A stretch of 64,000 bases of DNA from Actinomycetota bacterium (GTDB taxonomy: Bacteria; Actinomycetota; Acidimicrobiia; Acidimicrobiales; VFJN01), in contig JBKPAA010000060.1 of NCBI GenBank assembly GCA_046726215.1, positions 4,520-68,519 on the forward strand, written 5' to 3'. Under the pieces are notes generated by a model. It did no database searches and was not told the origin of the DNA. It was given only the letters and a program-made list of their open reading frames with translations. Below, in pieces: positions 49,315-58,818 of the stretch (positions within the stretch are counted from its first letter, which is position 1; every line of letters starts with the position of its first letter). The translations under genes were made by a program, and so were the position numbers.

Positions 49315-50748
49315 TCAGGCCCGGACCTCGGACCGGTCCTCCGACCAACGGGTGTGGAACGTCCCGTCCGCGTCGACCCGGCGATACGTGTGGGCGCCGA
49401 ACAGGTCGCGCAGCCCCTGGATGAGGGCGGCCGGCAGCCGCTCGCGGCACAGGGCGTCGTAGAACGCGAGCGCCGATGAGAAGCCCGGGGTCGGAACGCC
49501 GAGCGACGCCGCCGTGGCCACCACGCGTCGCCACGCGTCCTGGGCATCGGCGAGCGCTTCGACGAACGACGGGGCGAGCAGCAGCGACGGCAGGCCGGGA
49601 TCGGTGTCGTACTCGACCCTGACGCGGTCGAGGAACCGGGCCCGGATGATGCAGCCGCCGCGCCAGATGGTCGCCATGGCTCCGGGGTCGATTCCCCAGT
49701 CGTACTCTTCGCTGCCCGCCGCGATCTGATCGAATCCCTGCGCATACGCCACGATCTTCGAGGCGTAGAGCGCGCGCCGCACGTCCTCGACCAGGGTGCC
49801 CTGGGCGGCGCCGTGCAGTCGGCCCGCCTGGCCCGGGCCCGGCAGCGCCCGGGCGGCGCGCCGCTGTGTGGTGCGGGCCGACAGCGACCGGGCGAATACC
49901 GCCTCCGCCATGCCGGTCACGGGAACGCCCAGCTCGAGAGCCGACTGGACGCCCCAGCGACCGGTGCCCTTCTGCTCGGCCTCGTCCAGCACGACGTCGA
50001 CGAACGGGCGTCCCGTGGCCGCGTCGACGTGCTCCAGCACGTCCGCGGTGATCTCGATGAGATACGACTCCAGCTCGCCGGTGTTCCAGTCGCGAAAAGC
50101 CGCCGCCAGCTCACCGGGGCTGGCGCCGAGCCCCTGACGAAGCAGGTCGTAGCTCTCGGCGATGAGCTGCATGTCGGAGTACTCGATGCCGTTGTGCACC
50201 ATCTTGACGAAGTGTCCGGCACCGTCGGGTCCGACGTGGGTGCAACAGGGCGTGCCGTCCACCTGGGCGGCGATGGTCTCGAGCATGGGGCCCACTGCCG
50301 CGTAGGCCTCGTCGGAACCCCCCGGCATGATGCTCGGCCCTTCCAGCGCGCCCACCTCGCCGCCCGAGATGCCGGTCCCCACGAAGTGGATGTTGCGCTC
50401 CCGCAGGGCCGACTCCCGGCGCCTGGTGTCGATGAAGTGGGCGTTGCCACCGTCGAGGATCATGTCGCCGGGTTCGAGGCGTGTCGCCAGCTCGTCGACG
50501 ACCGCGTCGGTCGCCGCCCCCGCCGGGACCATCGCGACGACCCGGCGGGGCGGTTCGAGTGCGGCGACGAAGTCGTCGGCCGTCGACGAGGGGACGAGGC
50601 GGCCCTCGTCGCCGTGGGCTGCGATCAATGCGTCGGTGCGGCCCTGGGTGCGGTTGTGGAGCGCCACGGTGTAGCCGTGACGGGCGAAGTTGCGCGCCAG
50701 GTTGCTGCCCATGACTCCCAACCCGGTGACTCCGATGTCGGCCTTCAT
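49315..50748 (-). CDS. gnd: NADP-dependent 6-phosphogluconate dehydrogenase (decarboxylating)
   Basis: The blocks GVTGLGVMGSNLARNFARHGYTV, LDGGNAHF, GTGISGGEVGALEGPSIMPGG, GHFVKMVHNGIEYSDMQLI and RDLFGAHTY are present over 477 aa. Confidence 0.95.
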   Translation of the reverse strand: MKADIGVTGLGVMGSNLARNFARHGYTVALHNRTQGRTDALIAAHGDEGRLVPSSTADDFVAALEPPRRVVAMVPAGAATDAVVDELATRLEPGDMILDGGNAHFIDTRRRESALRERNIHFVGTGISGGEVGALEGPSIMPGGSDEAYAAVGPMLETIAAQVDGTPCCTHVGPDGAGHFVKMVHNGIEYSDMQLIAESYDLLRQGLGASPGELAAAFRDWNTGELESYLIEITADVLEHVDAATGRPFVDVVLDEAEQKGTGRWGVQSALELGVPVTGMAEAVFARSLSARTTQRRAARALPGPGQAGRLHGAAQGTLVEDVRRALYASKIVAYAQGFDQIAAGSEEYDWGIDPGAMATIWRGGCIIRARFLDRVRVEYDTDPGLPSLLLAPSFVEALADAQDAWRRVVATAASLGVPTPGFSSALAFYDALCRERLPAALIQGLRDLFGAHTYRRVDADGTFHTRWSEDRSEVRA

Positions 50749-53700
50749 GCCACCGAGGTATACCCCAGGCTCTCCCCGGCGGTGGCGACGCGGCGAGCGA
50801 TCGCGTGCGAGCCCTGCTCGTCGGCGAGGGCGACCGCGCGGGTCAGCAGCGCGGCCACCCCGGCGGGGTCGTCGCCCCGCGCATGGCGCATGTGCGCGTC
50901 GGCCTCCAGCACGATCGGTTCTGCGAATCGCTCACCGTAGGCCTCCAGCTCGCCGTACGTGGCGGCGACCGCCTCCGCCGCGGCGTCGATCCGCCCGGCC
51001 GTCGCCAGGCCGGCGGCGCGGGCCGCCTTGTAGACGACGACGCCGGTCCGCCCGCCGGCCTCGATGAAGCGCTCGATCGCCGTCTCGATCATGGGCAGCC
51101 CCTCGTCGATCCGGCCCTGCAGGATCAACGCAGCCGCCAGGTAGCCGTGTAGCCCCCGTCCCCAGAAGCTGAATGTCCCCTCGGGGTCGGCGTCGATGCC
51201 GCGGCGGGCGGCCCGCTCCGCCCATTCGGCCCGCCCCGTGGCGACCGCTCCGGCACTCGCGAACATCTCGACGAGGGACACGGCGTAGCGGTCTGGGGCC
51301 GCGGCGGCCAGTGCCTCGAACTCGGCCTCCCCGGTGGGCTCGTCGAGGTCACCGGCCAGCACGTGCAAATAGCGGGCGAACGGGTACGGCAGCAATATCA
51401 CCTCTAGCTCCAACCCGAGCGACGCCGTCGGCATCGCCGCGCCGGCGGCCGCCCGGCCGGCGTCGTCCAACAACGCCATCGCCTCGCTCACCCCGCCGCG
51501 GTGCCAGCGGCTGATGCCCAGCGAAGCCAGCCCGGTGACCCTCGCGAGGGGCTCGTCGCTCCTCTCGCCCAGCTCATGGAGCTGCTGGGCGATGGCATCG
51601 GACCGATCGAAGTCGCAGCGGGTGTCGTAGGCGGCCCACTCGGCCCACAACAGCCTGGCGTTGACGTCCACCCGGCCGGCCCGCTGCGCCAGGTCCTTGG
51701 CGCGGCGCAGGTGGGGCGAATCGGCGATGCTGGCGTAGCCATGCACCGACCGCTGGATCGACAGCAACCGGCTGGCGGCAACGACCTCCGACTCGATGTC
51801 GAGTGGCGTCGTACCGACGGTGCGCCGCAGCTGCACGGCTCGCTCCAGCATGTCCTCGGCGGCCTCGAACGCGTAGCGGCGCACGGCCACGTCCGCGGCG
51901 CGCTCGAGCGCCTCGGCCGCCCGCCGGCCGACCCCGATGGCGGCTGCCGCCCACAGGTGCTCCGCCAGGATCTCGGCGGCGTCGTCGAGATCTCCCGCGG
52001 TCGTGGCGAGCGCGTCGGCCACGCTCAGGTGGATCCGGGCGCGACGCAGGGCCGACACGTCGTCGGCCACGACCTCGCGCACCAGGGCGTGCGAGAACCG
52101 GAAGGTGGCGGGGCGGTCCGGTACGGGCGCCAGCAGCCGATGGACGACCGCTGGCTCGAGTCCGTCCAGCACGGTGTCGATGCCGTCGCCCGAGGACGCG
52201 GTGAGGAGGTCGAGGTCGAGGTCGCGCCCGATCATCGCCGCCACCTGGAGCAGAGCGACCGTGGCCTCCGGCAGTAGCGCGATCCGACGCCGGACGACGT
52301 CGCGGACGCCCGATGGCACATCGCCGCCCGGTGAGACTGCGCCCAGGGCCTCGGCCCGACTGCCCTCCTCCACGACCAGGCGGGCCAGCTCGGTCGCGAA
52401 GAACGGGTTGCCCTCCGCGCGTTTCTGGATGGCGGCGGCCACCTCGGCGTCGACCGACCGGCCCGACGCGACCTCCACCAGTTCGGCGGTGGCCGCATCG
52501 GACAGCCCGCGCAGGAAGATGCGACGGGCCCCCGGTGCCCGCGACAGGACGGCGAGGGCCTCGACCACGGCGTCGTTCCGACCCACTTCGAGTTGGCGAA
52601 CGGTGCAGGCCAGCAGCACAGGACGGTCGACGAGCTGACGGGCGACGAAGCTGAGCAGCTGCAAGGAAGCGACGTCGGCCCATTGCAGGTCGTCGAGGAC
52701 GAGCATCAGCGGCGCGTCGGCCGAGGCGTGCGCGATGAGGTCGCTCACGGCGTCGAACAGCTCAAACCGGTTGCGATCGCTGACCGGCGCGGCCGGTTCG
52801 TCCGTGCCCTCGGTGTCGACGGGCGACGTGGCGACCGCCAGGCGGGCCAGTTGGGGGGCGAGCTTGGCGTCGCCGTCGAGGCGGTCGACGAGGGTGCGCA
52901 GCGGCGGCAACCACGGCCAGAACGCGGGCGCAGCCCCTCCCTCGAATGCCCGGCCCCAGAGGACGGCCGTCCCGCGGGCGGCAGCCTCCACCGCGACCTC
53001 CTCCAGCAGCCGCGTCTTGCCGATGCCCGGCTCGCCCTCGACCAACACCACCCGCGTGGAGGTTTGGGCCTCGTCGAGGGCGCCGACCACCTGCCGGAGC
53101 TCGGCGTCGCGGCCCACGAGGCCGGCACCCACGGTGGGCGCGACAGCCGGTGTCCCGGCCGCCGGTGTGGCGGATGGCGCTTCGGGCGCGGAGCCGGCCG
53201 GGCCGGCCGCCACGTCGACACCCGCCCGCGGCGTCGCAACGGGCACGCCACCGGCCAGCTCGAGTGCCGGGTCGTGGTTCAGGATCGCCGTCTCGAGCGC
53301 GGCGAGGGGCCGGCCGGGGTCGATGCCCAACTGGTCGCGCAGCGTGCGGCGGGCGTCGTCGAGGACCCGCAGCGCCTCCGCCTGCCGGCCGGATCGGTAC
53401 AGCGCCAGGGCCAGGTGACAGCGGAGCTGCTCGCGCAACGGCTGGGCGGCTACGAGCTCGCCCAGCTCGCCCACGACTGCGGCGTGGCGGCCCAGGCGCA
53501 GGTCGGCGTCGATGCGATCCTCGGTGGCGCCGAGCCTGCGCTCCTCGAGCTTGGCCGCGAAGCCCCATGCGAAGTCGAGGTGGGCGAACTCGAGCAGCGC
53601 GGGGCCCCGCCACAGGCGGAGCGCGTCGTCGAGCAGGCTGCGGGCGCCCTCGGGATCGCCGGCCAGCAGCAGTCCCCGACCCTGGTCTGCCAGCGCCTCG

Positions 53701-54020
53701 AACCGGTGGGCGTCGAGCGCCTTGGCCCCGACGACGAGCCTGTATCCGGGCTGTTCCCAGGCCAGCACCTTGGCCGCCTCACCGCGGGCGCCGCCCGGCA
53801 CCAGGACGCGTCGCAGGCGCGAGACGTAGCTCTGCAGGGTGCCGGCCGCCGAGTCGGGCGGGTTGTGGCCCCACAGCGCCTCGATGATGGATTCGGCCGG
53901 CACCACGCGGCCGCCCGCAACGAGCAGCATTGCGAGCACGGTCCGCGGCTGGGTGCCGCCCACATCCACGGATGCGCCGTCGATGACCACCTCGAGGCTG
54001 CCCAGCAGCCTGAACTCCAC
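50745..54020 (-). CDS. AfsR/SARP-family regulator (OmpR-type wHTH + BTAD + AAA/NB-ARC ATPase + TPR-like repeats)
   Basis: The N-terminal blocks are MEFRLLGSLEVVIDG...QPRTVLAMLLV...LQSYVSRLRRVL. The BTAD block is DAHRFE...LRLWRGPAL...YRSGRQAEALRVLDDARRTLRDQLGIDPG. Walker A is VEGEPGIGKTRLL. Its stop overlaps the gnd ATG (ATGA). Confidence 0.9.
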   Translation of the reverse strand: MEFRLLGSLEVVIDGASVDVGGTQPRTVLAMLLVAGGRVVPAESIIEALWGHNPPDSAAGTLQSYVSRLRRVLVPGGARGEAAKVLAWEQPGYRLVVGAKALDAHRFEALADQGRGLLLAGDPEGARSLLDDALRLWRGPALLEFAHLDFAWGFAAKLEERRLGATEDRIDADLRLGRHAAVVGELGELVAAQPLREQLRCHLALALYRSGRQAEALRVLDDARRTLRDQLGIDPGRPLAALETAILNHDPALELAGGVPVATPRAGVDVAAGPAGSAPEAPSATPAAGTPAVAPTVGAGLVGRDAELRQVVGALDEAQTSTRVVLVEGEPGIGKTRLLEEVAVEAAARGTAVLWGRAFEGGAAPAFWPWLPPLRTLVDRLDGDAKLAPQLARLAVATSPVDTEGTDEPAAPVSDRNRFELFDAVSDLIAHASADAPLMLVLDDLQWADVASLQLLSFVARQLVDRPVLLACTVRQLEVGRNDAVVEALAVLSRAPGARRIFLRGLSDAATAELVEVASGRSVDAEVAAAIQKRAEGNPFFATELARLVVEEGSRAEALGAVSPGGDVPSGVRDVVRRRIALLPEATVALLQVAAMIGRDLDLDLLTASSGDGIDTVLDGLEPAVVHRLLAPVPDRPATFRFSHALVREVVADDVSALRRARIHLSVADALATTAGDLDDAAEILAEHLWAAAAIGVGRRAAEALERAADVAVRRYAFEAAEDMLERAVQLRRTVGTTPLDIESEVVAASRLLSIQRSVHGYASIADSPHLRRAKDLAQRAGRVDVNARLLWAEWAAYDTRCDFDRSDAIAQQLHELGERSDEPLARVTGLASLGISRWHRGGVSEAMALLDDAGRAAAGAAMPTASLGLELEVILLPYPFARYLHVLAGDLDEPTGEAEFEALAAAAPDRYAVSLVEMFASAGAVATGRAEWAERAARRGIDADPEGTFSFWGRGLHGYLAAALILQGRIDEGLPMIETAIERFIEAGGRTGVVVYKAARAAGLATAGRIDAAAEAVAATYGELEAYGERFAEPIVLEADAHMRHARGDDPAGVAALLTRAVALADEQGSHAIARRVATAGESLGYTSVA

Positions 54021-54277
54021 GCGTCTGCTCCCTTCGGATGCCCGCCGAGTCGCGTAACGTCAATTATCCCTCGTCAAGCCCGCGGGGAGCGAGCCACGGG
54101 CCGCACCACAAACTGCCCGCGCCGGCGCGTCGCGACCGGTGAGTAGCGGTCGGCCGTCGTTATCCTGGGTGCGTAAGCACCTGGCGTGTTCCGCCGCTCG
54201 TCGGTGCTAGGTACCGCTCCGTTGCCTCGGCACCCGCCAGTGGGAACAAGGACTCGCGCACGGAAGGAAGGGGTCGG

Positions 54278-54793
54278 GTGACCCTCGCGTGGATCGCCGT
54301 TGGCGTGGTGTTGATCGCCGTGGAGCTCCACCACTTGGCGTTCTATGCCCTGTTCGCCGCCCTGGGCTGCTTCGCCGGAGCGGCCGTGGCCGCCGTCTTT
54401 CCCGACGCCGTCGCCGTCCAGGTGGCGACCGCCGTCGTCGTGGCGGTGCTCGGGATCCTCCTTGTCCGCGGGCGGGTGAGCGCCGCCTTCGCCCACCACC
54501 ACGAGGTGGAACGAGCGCGAGGCGTGCACGGGGGTCTGGTCGGGCAGGAGGTGCTCACGCTCGACCTCGTCGGCGGCATCGATCGGGTCGGCCACGTCCG
54601 GCTCGCCGGTGAGCGCTGGCGCGCCGTCAGTGGGGACGACGCCCCGATAGCCCCTGGGACCCGGGTACTCGTGACCGCGGTGCAGGGCACCACGCTCGTC
54701 GTGTGGCCCGTCGGTGAGCCGCTGCCAGCGGACTGGCAGCGGGAGGTGGGCGAAGGCCCGCCCCTCGAGAAGGGAGAGGAGGAGCAATCGTGA
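54278..54793 (+). CDS. NfeD family membrane protein
   Basis: N-terminal TM helices are followed by a C-terminal OB-like block (GLVGQEVLTL...GHVRLAGERWRAVS...GTRVLVTAVQGTTLVVWPV). It has a GTG start and a GTGA overlap with the SPFH gene. Confidence 0.8.
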   Translation: MTLAWIAVGVVLIAVELHHLAFYALFAALGCFAGAAVAAVFPDAVAVQVATAVVVAVLGILLVRGRVSAAFAHHHEVERARGVHGGLVGQEVLTLDLVGGIDRVGHVRLAGERWRAVSGDDAPIAPGTRVLVTAVQGTTLVVWPVGEPLPADWQREVGEGPPLEKGEEEQS

Positions 54794-55740
54794 TCGCAGC
54801 CATAGGTGCCCCGGGTGTCATAGGCCTCGTCGTCGTCGCCCTCGTGGTGGTCGTGTTGATCCTTGCCCTGCGGCAGATGGTCAACATCGTCCAACAGGGC
54901 GAGGTCGGGGTCGTGAAGCACTTAGGCGAGTACCGCAAGACGCACGAGCCCGGGCTGGTGATCATTGCGCCGTTCATCGAGTCCCTCCAGCGCGTCGACA
55001 TGCGGGAGATCCCTCGGCCCGGCGACCGTCAGGATGTGATCACCAAGGACAACGTGGTGGTCAACGTCAACGCGACCATCTTCACCCAGGTCGTCGTCGC
55101 CCAGCAGGCCCTGTTCAGCATCGCGAACTTCGACGTGGCCATCGACGCACTCGCGCGCACCGCTCTGCGGTCGGTGATCGGCACGATGACGCTCGACGAG
55201 GCGCTCTCGGAACGCGAGCGCATCAACACGGATGTGCAGCAGCAGATGGAGGCCGTCACCGACAAGTGGGGCATCCGGATCAACCGCATCGAGATCCTTG
55301 CCATCGCTCCCCCGCCGAACATCCTCGAGGCCCTTGCCCTGGAGAAGCAGGCCGACCAGGAAAAGAGGGCCAGGATCCTCCAGTCCGAGGGTCAGAAGCA
55401 GTCGGCGATCAACGTCGCCGAGGGCGACGCGCAGGCGACCGTCCGCAAGGCCGACGGCAACCGCCAGGCCGCGATCCTCCGAGCCGAGGGCAGCCGGCAG
55501 GCCGCGATCCTCGAGGCCGAGGGCCGCTCGCAGGCCATCTCCACCGTGTACGCCGCCATCAAGAAGGGCGAGCCCGATCCCACGCTGGTGGCGATCCTCC
55601 AGCTCGACGCCCTGGCCAAGTTCGCCGACAGCGACAACGCCAAGATCGTCGTCCCGTTCGAGAGTGCCGGCCTTCTCGGCGCCGCCCAGGCCCTCCGCAG
55701 CGTTCTGGCGGCCGCCCCCGAGGACGGTGCCCAGCCGTAG
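54790..55740 (+). CDS. SPFH/band 7 (stomatin-like) protein
   Basis: It has an N-terminal TM, then IVQQGEVGVVKHLGEYRKTHEPGLVIIAPFIESLQRVDMRE...DVITKDNVVVNVNA. A coiled-coil A/E/Q-rich tail follows. Confidence 0.92.
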   Translation: MIAAIGAPGVIGLVVVALVVVVLILALRQMVNIVQQGEVGVVKHLGEYRKTHEPGLVIIAPFIESLQRVDMREIPRPGDRQDVITKDNVVVNVNATIFTQVVVAQQALFSIANFDVAIDALARTALRSVIGTMTLDEALSERERINTDVQQQMEAVTDKWGIRINRIEILAIAPPPNILEALALEKQADQEKRARILQSEGQKQSAINVAEGDAQATVRKADGNRQAAILRAEGSRQAAILEAEGRSQAISTVYAAIKKGEPDPTLVAILQLDALAKFADSDNAKIVVPFESAGLLGAAQALRSVLAAAPEDGAQP

Positions 55741-55814
55741 GCGGGTGACCCGACCGGCGATCCCATTCCCCTACGGGGCTTCGCTGTTGACACCGCTGCT
55801 GTAGAAACGCGGTC

Positions 55815-56270
55815 ATGTCCCCGACGTTTCGCGCCGGTGTCGGAATCGCCGTCTTCGACGCCCGGGGGCGGGTGCTGGCGCTGGAACGCTCGGCCATGCC
55901 TGGCGCGTGGCAGCTACCGCAGGGCGGCATCGACGGCGACGAGGAACCGATCGATGCCCTGTGGCGGGAGCTCCGAGAGGAGACCGGGCTGACGGCCGCC
56001 GACGTCGACGTGGTTGGCGAGGTCCCGGAGTGGTTGGGCTATGAGCTGCCCGCCGACTATCGCTCGGCCAAGACCGGGCGGGGGCAGGTGCACAAGTGGT
56101 TTCTGCTCCGGGCCGGCTCCGAGGACCTTCCCGTGCGGACCAACGCCACGACCGACGCGGAGTTCCGCGCCTGGCGGTGGACCGACTTGGACGAGCTCGC
56201 CGAGCAGGCGGTCGCCTTCCGTCGACCCGTCTATCGCCGCCTGGCGGAGTTAGCCGGCCGTCTGGGGTGA
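55815..56270 (+). CDS. NUDIX hydrolase (RppH-like)
   Basis: The Nudix box is GGIDGDEEPIDALWRELREETGL. Confidence 0.88.
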   Translation: MSPTFRAGVGIAVFDARGRVLALERSAMPGAWQLPQGGIDGDEEPIDALWRELREETGLTAADVDVVGEVPEWLGYELPADYRSAKTGRGQVHKWFLLRAGSEDLPVRTNATTDAEFRAWRWTDLDELAEQAVAFRRPVYRRLAELAGRLG

Positions 56271-57203
56271 CGCGGACGGCGACTCCCATTGGGCGGCGAG
56301 TGACGGGATGAAGCGCTCGCTGAACCCGGCGGCGAAGCTGAAGATGGCGATGCGCGGGCCGCTCTCGGCCGCGGCCGAGCCGAGCAGGTCGGCCTGGAGG
56401 GCGGCGAAGGCGATCAGCGCGGCGGCACCGCCCGCCAGGGGCCTGAACGCGTTCGCGAGCTGCGCCCAGCGGAGCTCGGGATATCGAACCCCCGCTCTCG
56501 CGCTGGCCACCCGCTGAGCCGAGGAGAACGCGCCGCCCAGCGTGCCGTAGAGGCCAGCTCCGACCACCCACCATCCGTCCATGTCGCCGTCGGCCAGGAG
56601 CAGGCCCCGGCCGAGGAACTCGAGGACGCAGATGAGGACGAACACCGTGGCAAGCACCGCGAGGTAGATGACCACCTGGCGGCGCTGCAGCATGCGTTTG
56701 CGATTCTCATTTTCGGCCGCTTCGTCGAGATGGCTCTGGACCCGGACGAGCCGCTCGACGAGGTGATCCCCCTTGCCGTTCCGGTAGCCCTCGATGGCCC
56801 TGAGGCGCCACGAGGACTTCAACTTCTCCGCGGCCTCCTGGTTGAGGTCGATCTCGAGCAACTCCTGGTTGACCGGCGAGCGCAGCCGGAACTCCTCCCG
56901 TCGAGCCGCATGGAACCACGCCCACGCCTCCTCGTTGTGCGCCCAGTGCCGATCTAGCTCGCGCTTGGCGTTGCGGAGCGAAATGAGGGCGTTGCGCTTG
57001 GCGAGCCGGCCGGCTTCGGCATCGGGCTCAGAGGCCCGCAACACCGCGGCGAGGTGGCCGATGGACTGCGCCAGGCGTTGGTCGGGGGCACCACCGGGCC
57101 AGTGCCAGCCGCCCTTGTCGGCCGGCAGGCTCGCGTCGTCCCGCTTGGGGCTCGCGTGTAACCCACGCCGGTCCTGCTCCGGATCCACTGTCGAATCGAC
57201 CAT
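56250..57203 (-). CDS. Hypothetical membrane protein (helical N-domain + ~4 TM), lower-GC orphan
   Basis: The start is taken at ATG 57203 (MVDSTV). The soluble charged N-domain covers about 170 aa. TM segments follow (VVIYLAVLATVFVLICVLEFL, WWVVGAGLYGTLGGAF, LAGGAAALIAFAAL, IAIFSFAAGF). The 3' end overlaps the NUDIX 3' end by 21 nt. Confidence 0.55.
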   Translation of the reverse strand: MVDSTVDPEQDRRGLHASPKRDDASLPADKGGWHWPGGAPDQRLAQSIGHLAAVLRASEPDAEAGRLAKRNALISLRNAKRELDRHWAHNEEAWAWFHAARREEFRLRSPVNQELLEIDLNQEAAEKLKSSWRLRAIEGYRNGKGDHLVERLVRVQSHLDEAAENENRKRMLQRRQVVIYLAVLATVFVLICVLEFLGRGLLLADGDMDGWWVVGAGLYGTLGGAFSSAQRVASARAGVRYPELRWAQLANAFRPLAGGAAALIAFAALQADLLGSAAAESGPRIAIFSFAAGFSERFIPSLAAQWESPSASPQTAG

Positions 57204-57546
57204 GACGACCCGCCTCGGCTTGTCCGACAAATGTGTAGAGATCGCCGCTCGCGAAGGCAAGCGCCGGATCAGACCGGCGTTCATGTGGCGGCCCCCGCTC
57301 CGGCATGTCGACTGGCTGTTGGGGTCCATACGGCTCGTCGACGCGCTGAGGCCCGCCGACCCAGCCTGGGTGGTCGCCGGCGAGCAGCCGCCCGCCAGCG
57401 AACCACGCCGCGACCGAGCGCGGGGGAAGCACCGGTGAAGCGCCCCCGTCGCTCGGTCGGGGCAAGTGTCTCCCCCCGGCTTGAAGCCGTGCTGAAGGGG
57501 GGCTGCGGGCTCACTGAAGAAGCGGGCCACCGCGCCGGGTCGACCG

Positions 57547-58116
57547 TCACCGCTCCCGGGCCGCGTCCCGTTCGTGCGACGAGCGGTCCTCGGTTCGGGT
57601 GCTCCCGTCTGCGAACCACAAGGCGATCGCGATCGCCGTGAGCACATGCCAGGCTGCGTGACCCTGCAGGAGGCTCGACGGGCGGCACAGGGGTGCCCCG
57701 GTCCGGGTCAGGAGGTTGACGACGATCGCCGCCGCACCGGCGACGAGGGCGGCGGCCGGCGGCCAACGGAGCCAGCGGCGCCGCCATGCGATCGGGACCG
57801 CCACCGCCAGCGCCACGATCGATCCATCGTGGGCCAGCTCGGCGCCCGGGGGCACCGGTCCGTGGTAGAGGACGCTCCCGACCCCCACCACCCCGAGTGC
57901 GAGCGCCAGTGCGGGCGTTCCGGGCCCGCCACGCCGCAGCACATACGTGCCGGCGACGATGTAGGCGATGCTCGAGAGGGCGTTGACGGGCTGTGCCAAC
58001 CAACCGTCGTGCAGCGCCTCGCAATCCGAGGTCCCGAGGACGAGCAGGGGCACGTACCCAGTTTGCCATTGGTGCACAATGCCAGGCCGCAGCTGGTGGC
58101 CTCGCGGCGTCGGCAA
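57547..58116 (-). CDS. Polytopic membrane protein, ceramidase/PAQR-like His motifs
   Basis: The blocks DCE...QPVNALSSIAY, ...LYHG, ...AHDGS and ...GHAAWHVL are spaced across TM segments. The family assignment is tentative and the start uncertain. Confidence 0.5.
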   Translation of the reverse strand: MPTPRGHQLRPGIVHQWQTGYVPLLVLGTSDCEALHDGWLAQPVNALSSIAYIVAGTYVLRRGGPGTPALALALGVVGVGSVLYHGPVPPGAELAHDGSIVALAVAVPIAWRRRWLRWPPAAALVAGAAAIVVNLLTRTGAPLCRPSSLLQGHAAWHVLTAIAIALWFADGSTRTEDRSSHERDAARER

Positions 58117-58177
58117 AGATGAACCCGGCGTGCAGGACTATGACCGACACGGCGAGAACCCGGGCGATCACGACCAC

Positions 58178-58579
58178 GTGGCACCGGTCCGCGGTAGGGC
58201 TCGTGGCCGCGGTCGTGCCGCCGACCTCCCGGCCGCCCTTCTCATCGTGGCCTACGCATGGTGGGTCGTGGCGCTGGCGCCGTTCTCGGCGCAGGCGACG
58301 GCCGCCGTCGTGCTGGCCGGCGCGGTGGCCATGGCCGTCGGCGCGCGCGGGCGACCGCGCACGCAGCCCTCGGACGCGGGTGACAGGCCCAAGGCCGCCA
58401 GGTGGGGTGCACTGGCGGCAGCGGCGGGCGCCTGGCAGCTGGCAGCATACCTCCAACACCCGCGGGCCGACCACCCGACGCTCAGCTCGCTCGCGAACGA
58501 GCTGCTCGACTCCCACGTGACGCGGGCCGCGGCCTTCGTCGTCTGGATCGTGGCCGCCCGGGGGCTCGCCCGGCGATGA
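58178..58579 (+). CDS. Hypothetical membrane protein
   Basis: A basic N-terminus is followed by TM segments (LPAALLIVAYAWWVVALAPF, AAVVLAGAVAMAV, AAFVVWIVAA). The start is uncertain: GTG 58178 or 58130, and an ATG at 58140 in another frame hints at a possible frameshift. Confidence 0.4.
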   Translation: MAPVRGRARGRGRAADLPAALLIVAYAWWVVALAPFSAQATAAVVLAGAVAMAVGARGRPRTQPSDAGDRPKAARWGALAAAAGAWQLAAYLQHPRADHPTLSSLANELLDSHVTRAAAFVVWIVAARGLARR

Positions 58580-58779
58580 GTCGCCCCGTCACCCTGATCG
58601 GATACGCCGTGCTGGTGGTCGTCGCCGTCGGTATGGAGGTCGCCGCTCGCCGACGCGGCTGGGCGACGTTCGGCGACGCCCTGACCATCTGCCTCAGCCG
58701 GCGCCCGGTTCGCTGGGTTCTGCTGGCCGCATGGCTCTGGCTTGGTTGGCACCTGTTCGTGCGCGTCGATTGGCGATGA
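58576..58779 (+). CDS. Small two-TM membrane protein
   Basis: It has an ATGA overlap with the previous ORF. The sequence is MSRPVTLIGYAVLVVVAVGMEV...VRWVLLAAWLWLGWHLF. Confidence 0.5.
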   Translation: MSRPVTLIGYAVLVVVAVGMEVAARRRGWATFGDALTICLSRRPVRWVLLAAWLWLGWHLFVRVDWR

Positions 58780-58818
58780 CGCCACTCGCCGCCGGGCCGA
58801 TCGCCCTGGCCGCCCAGG

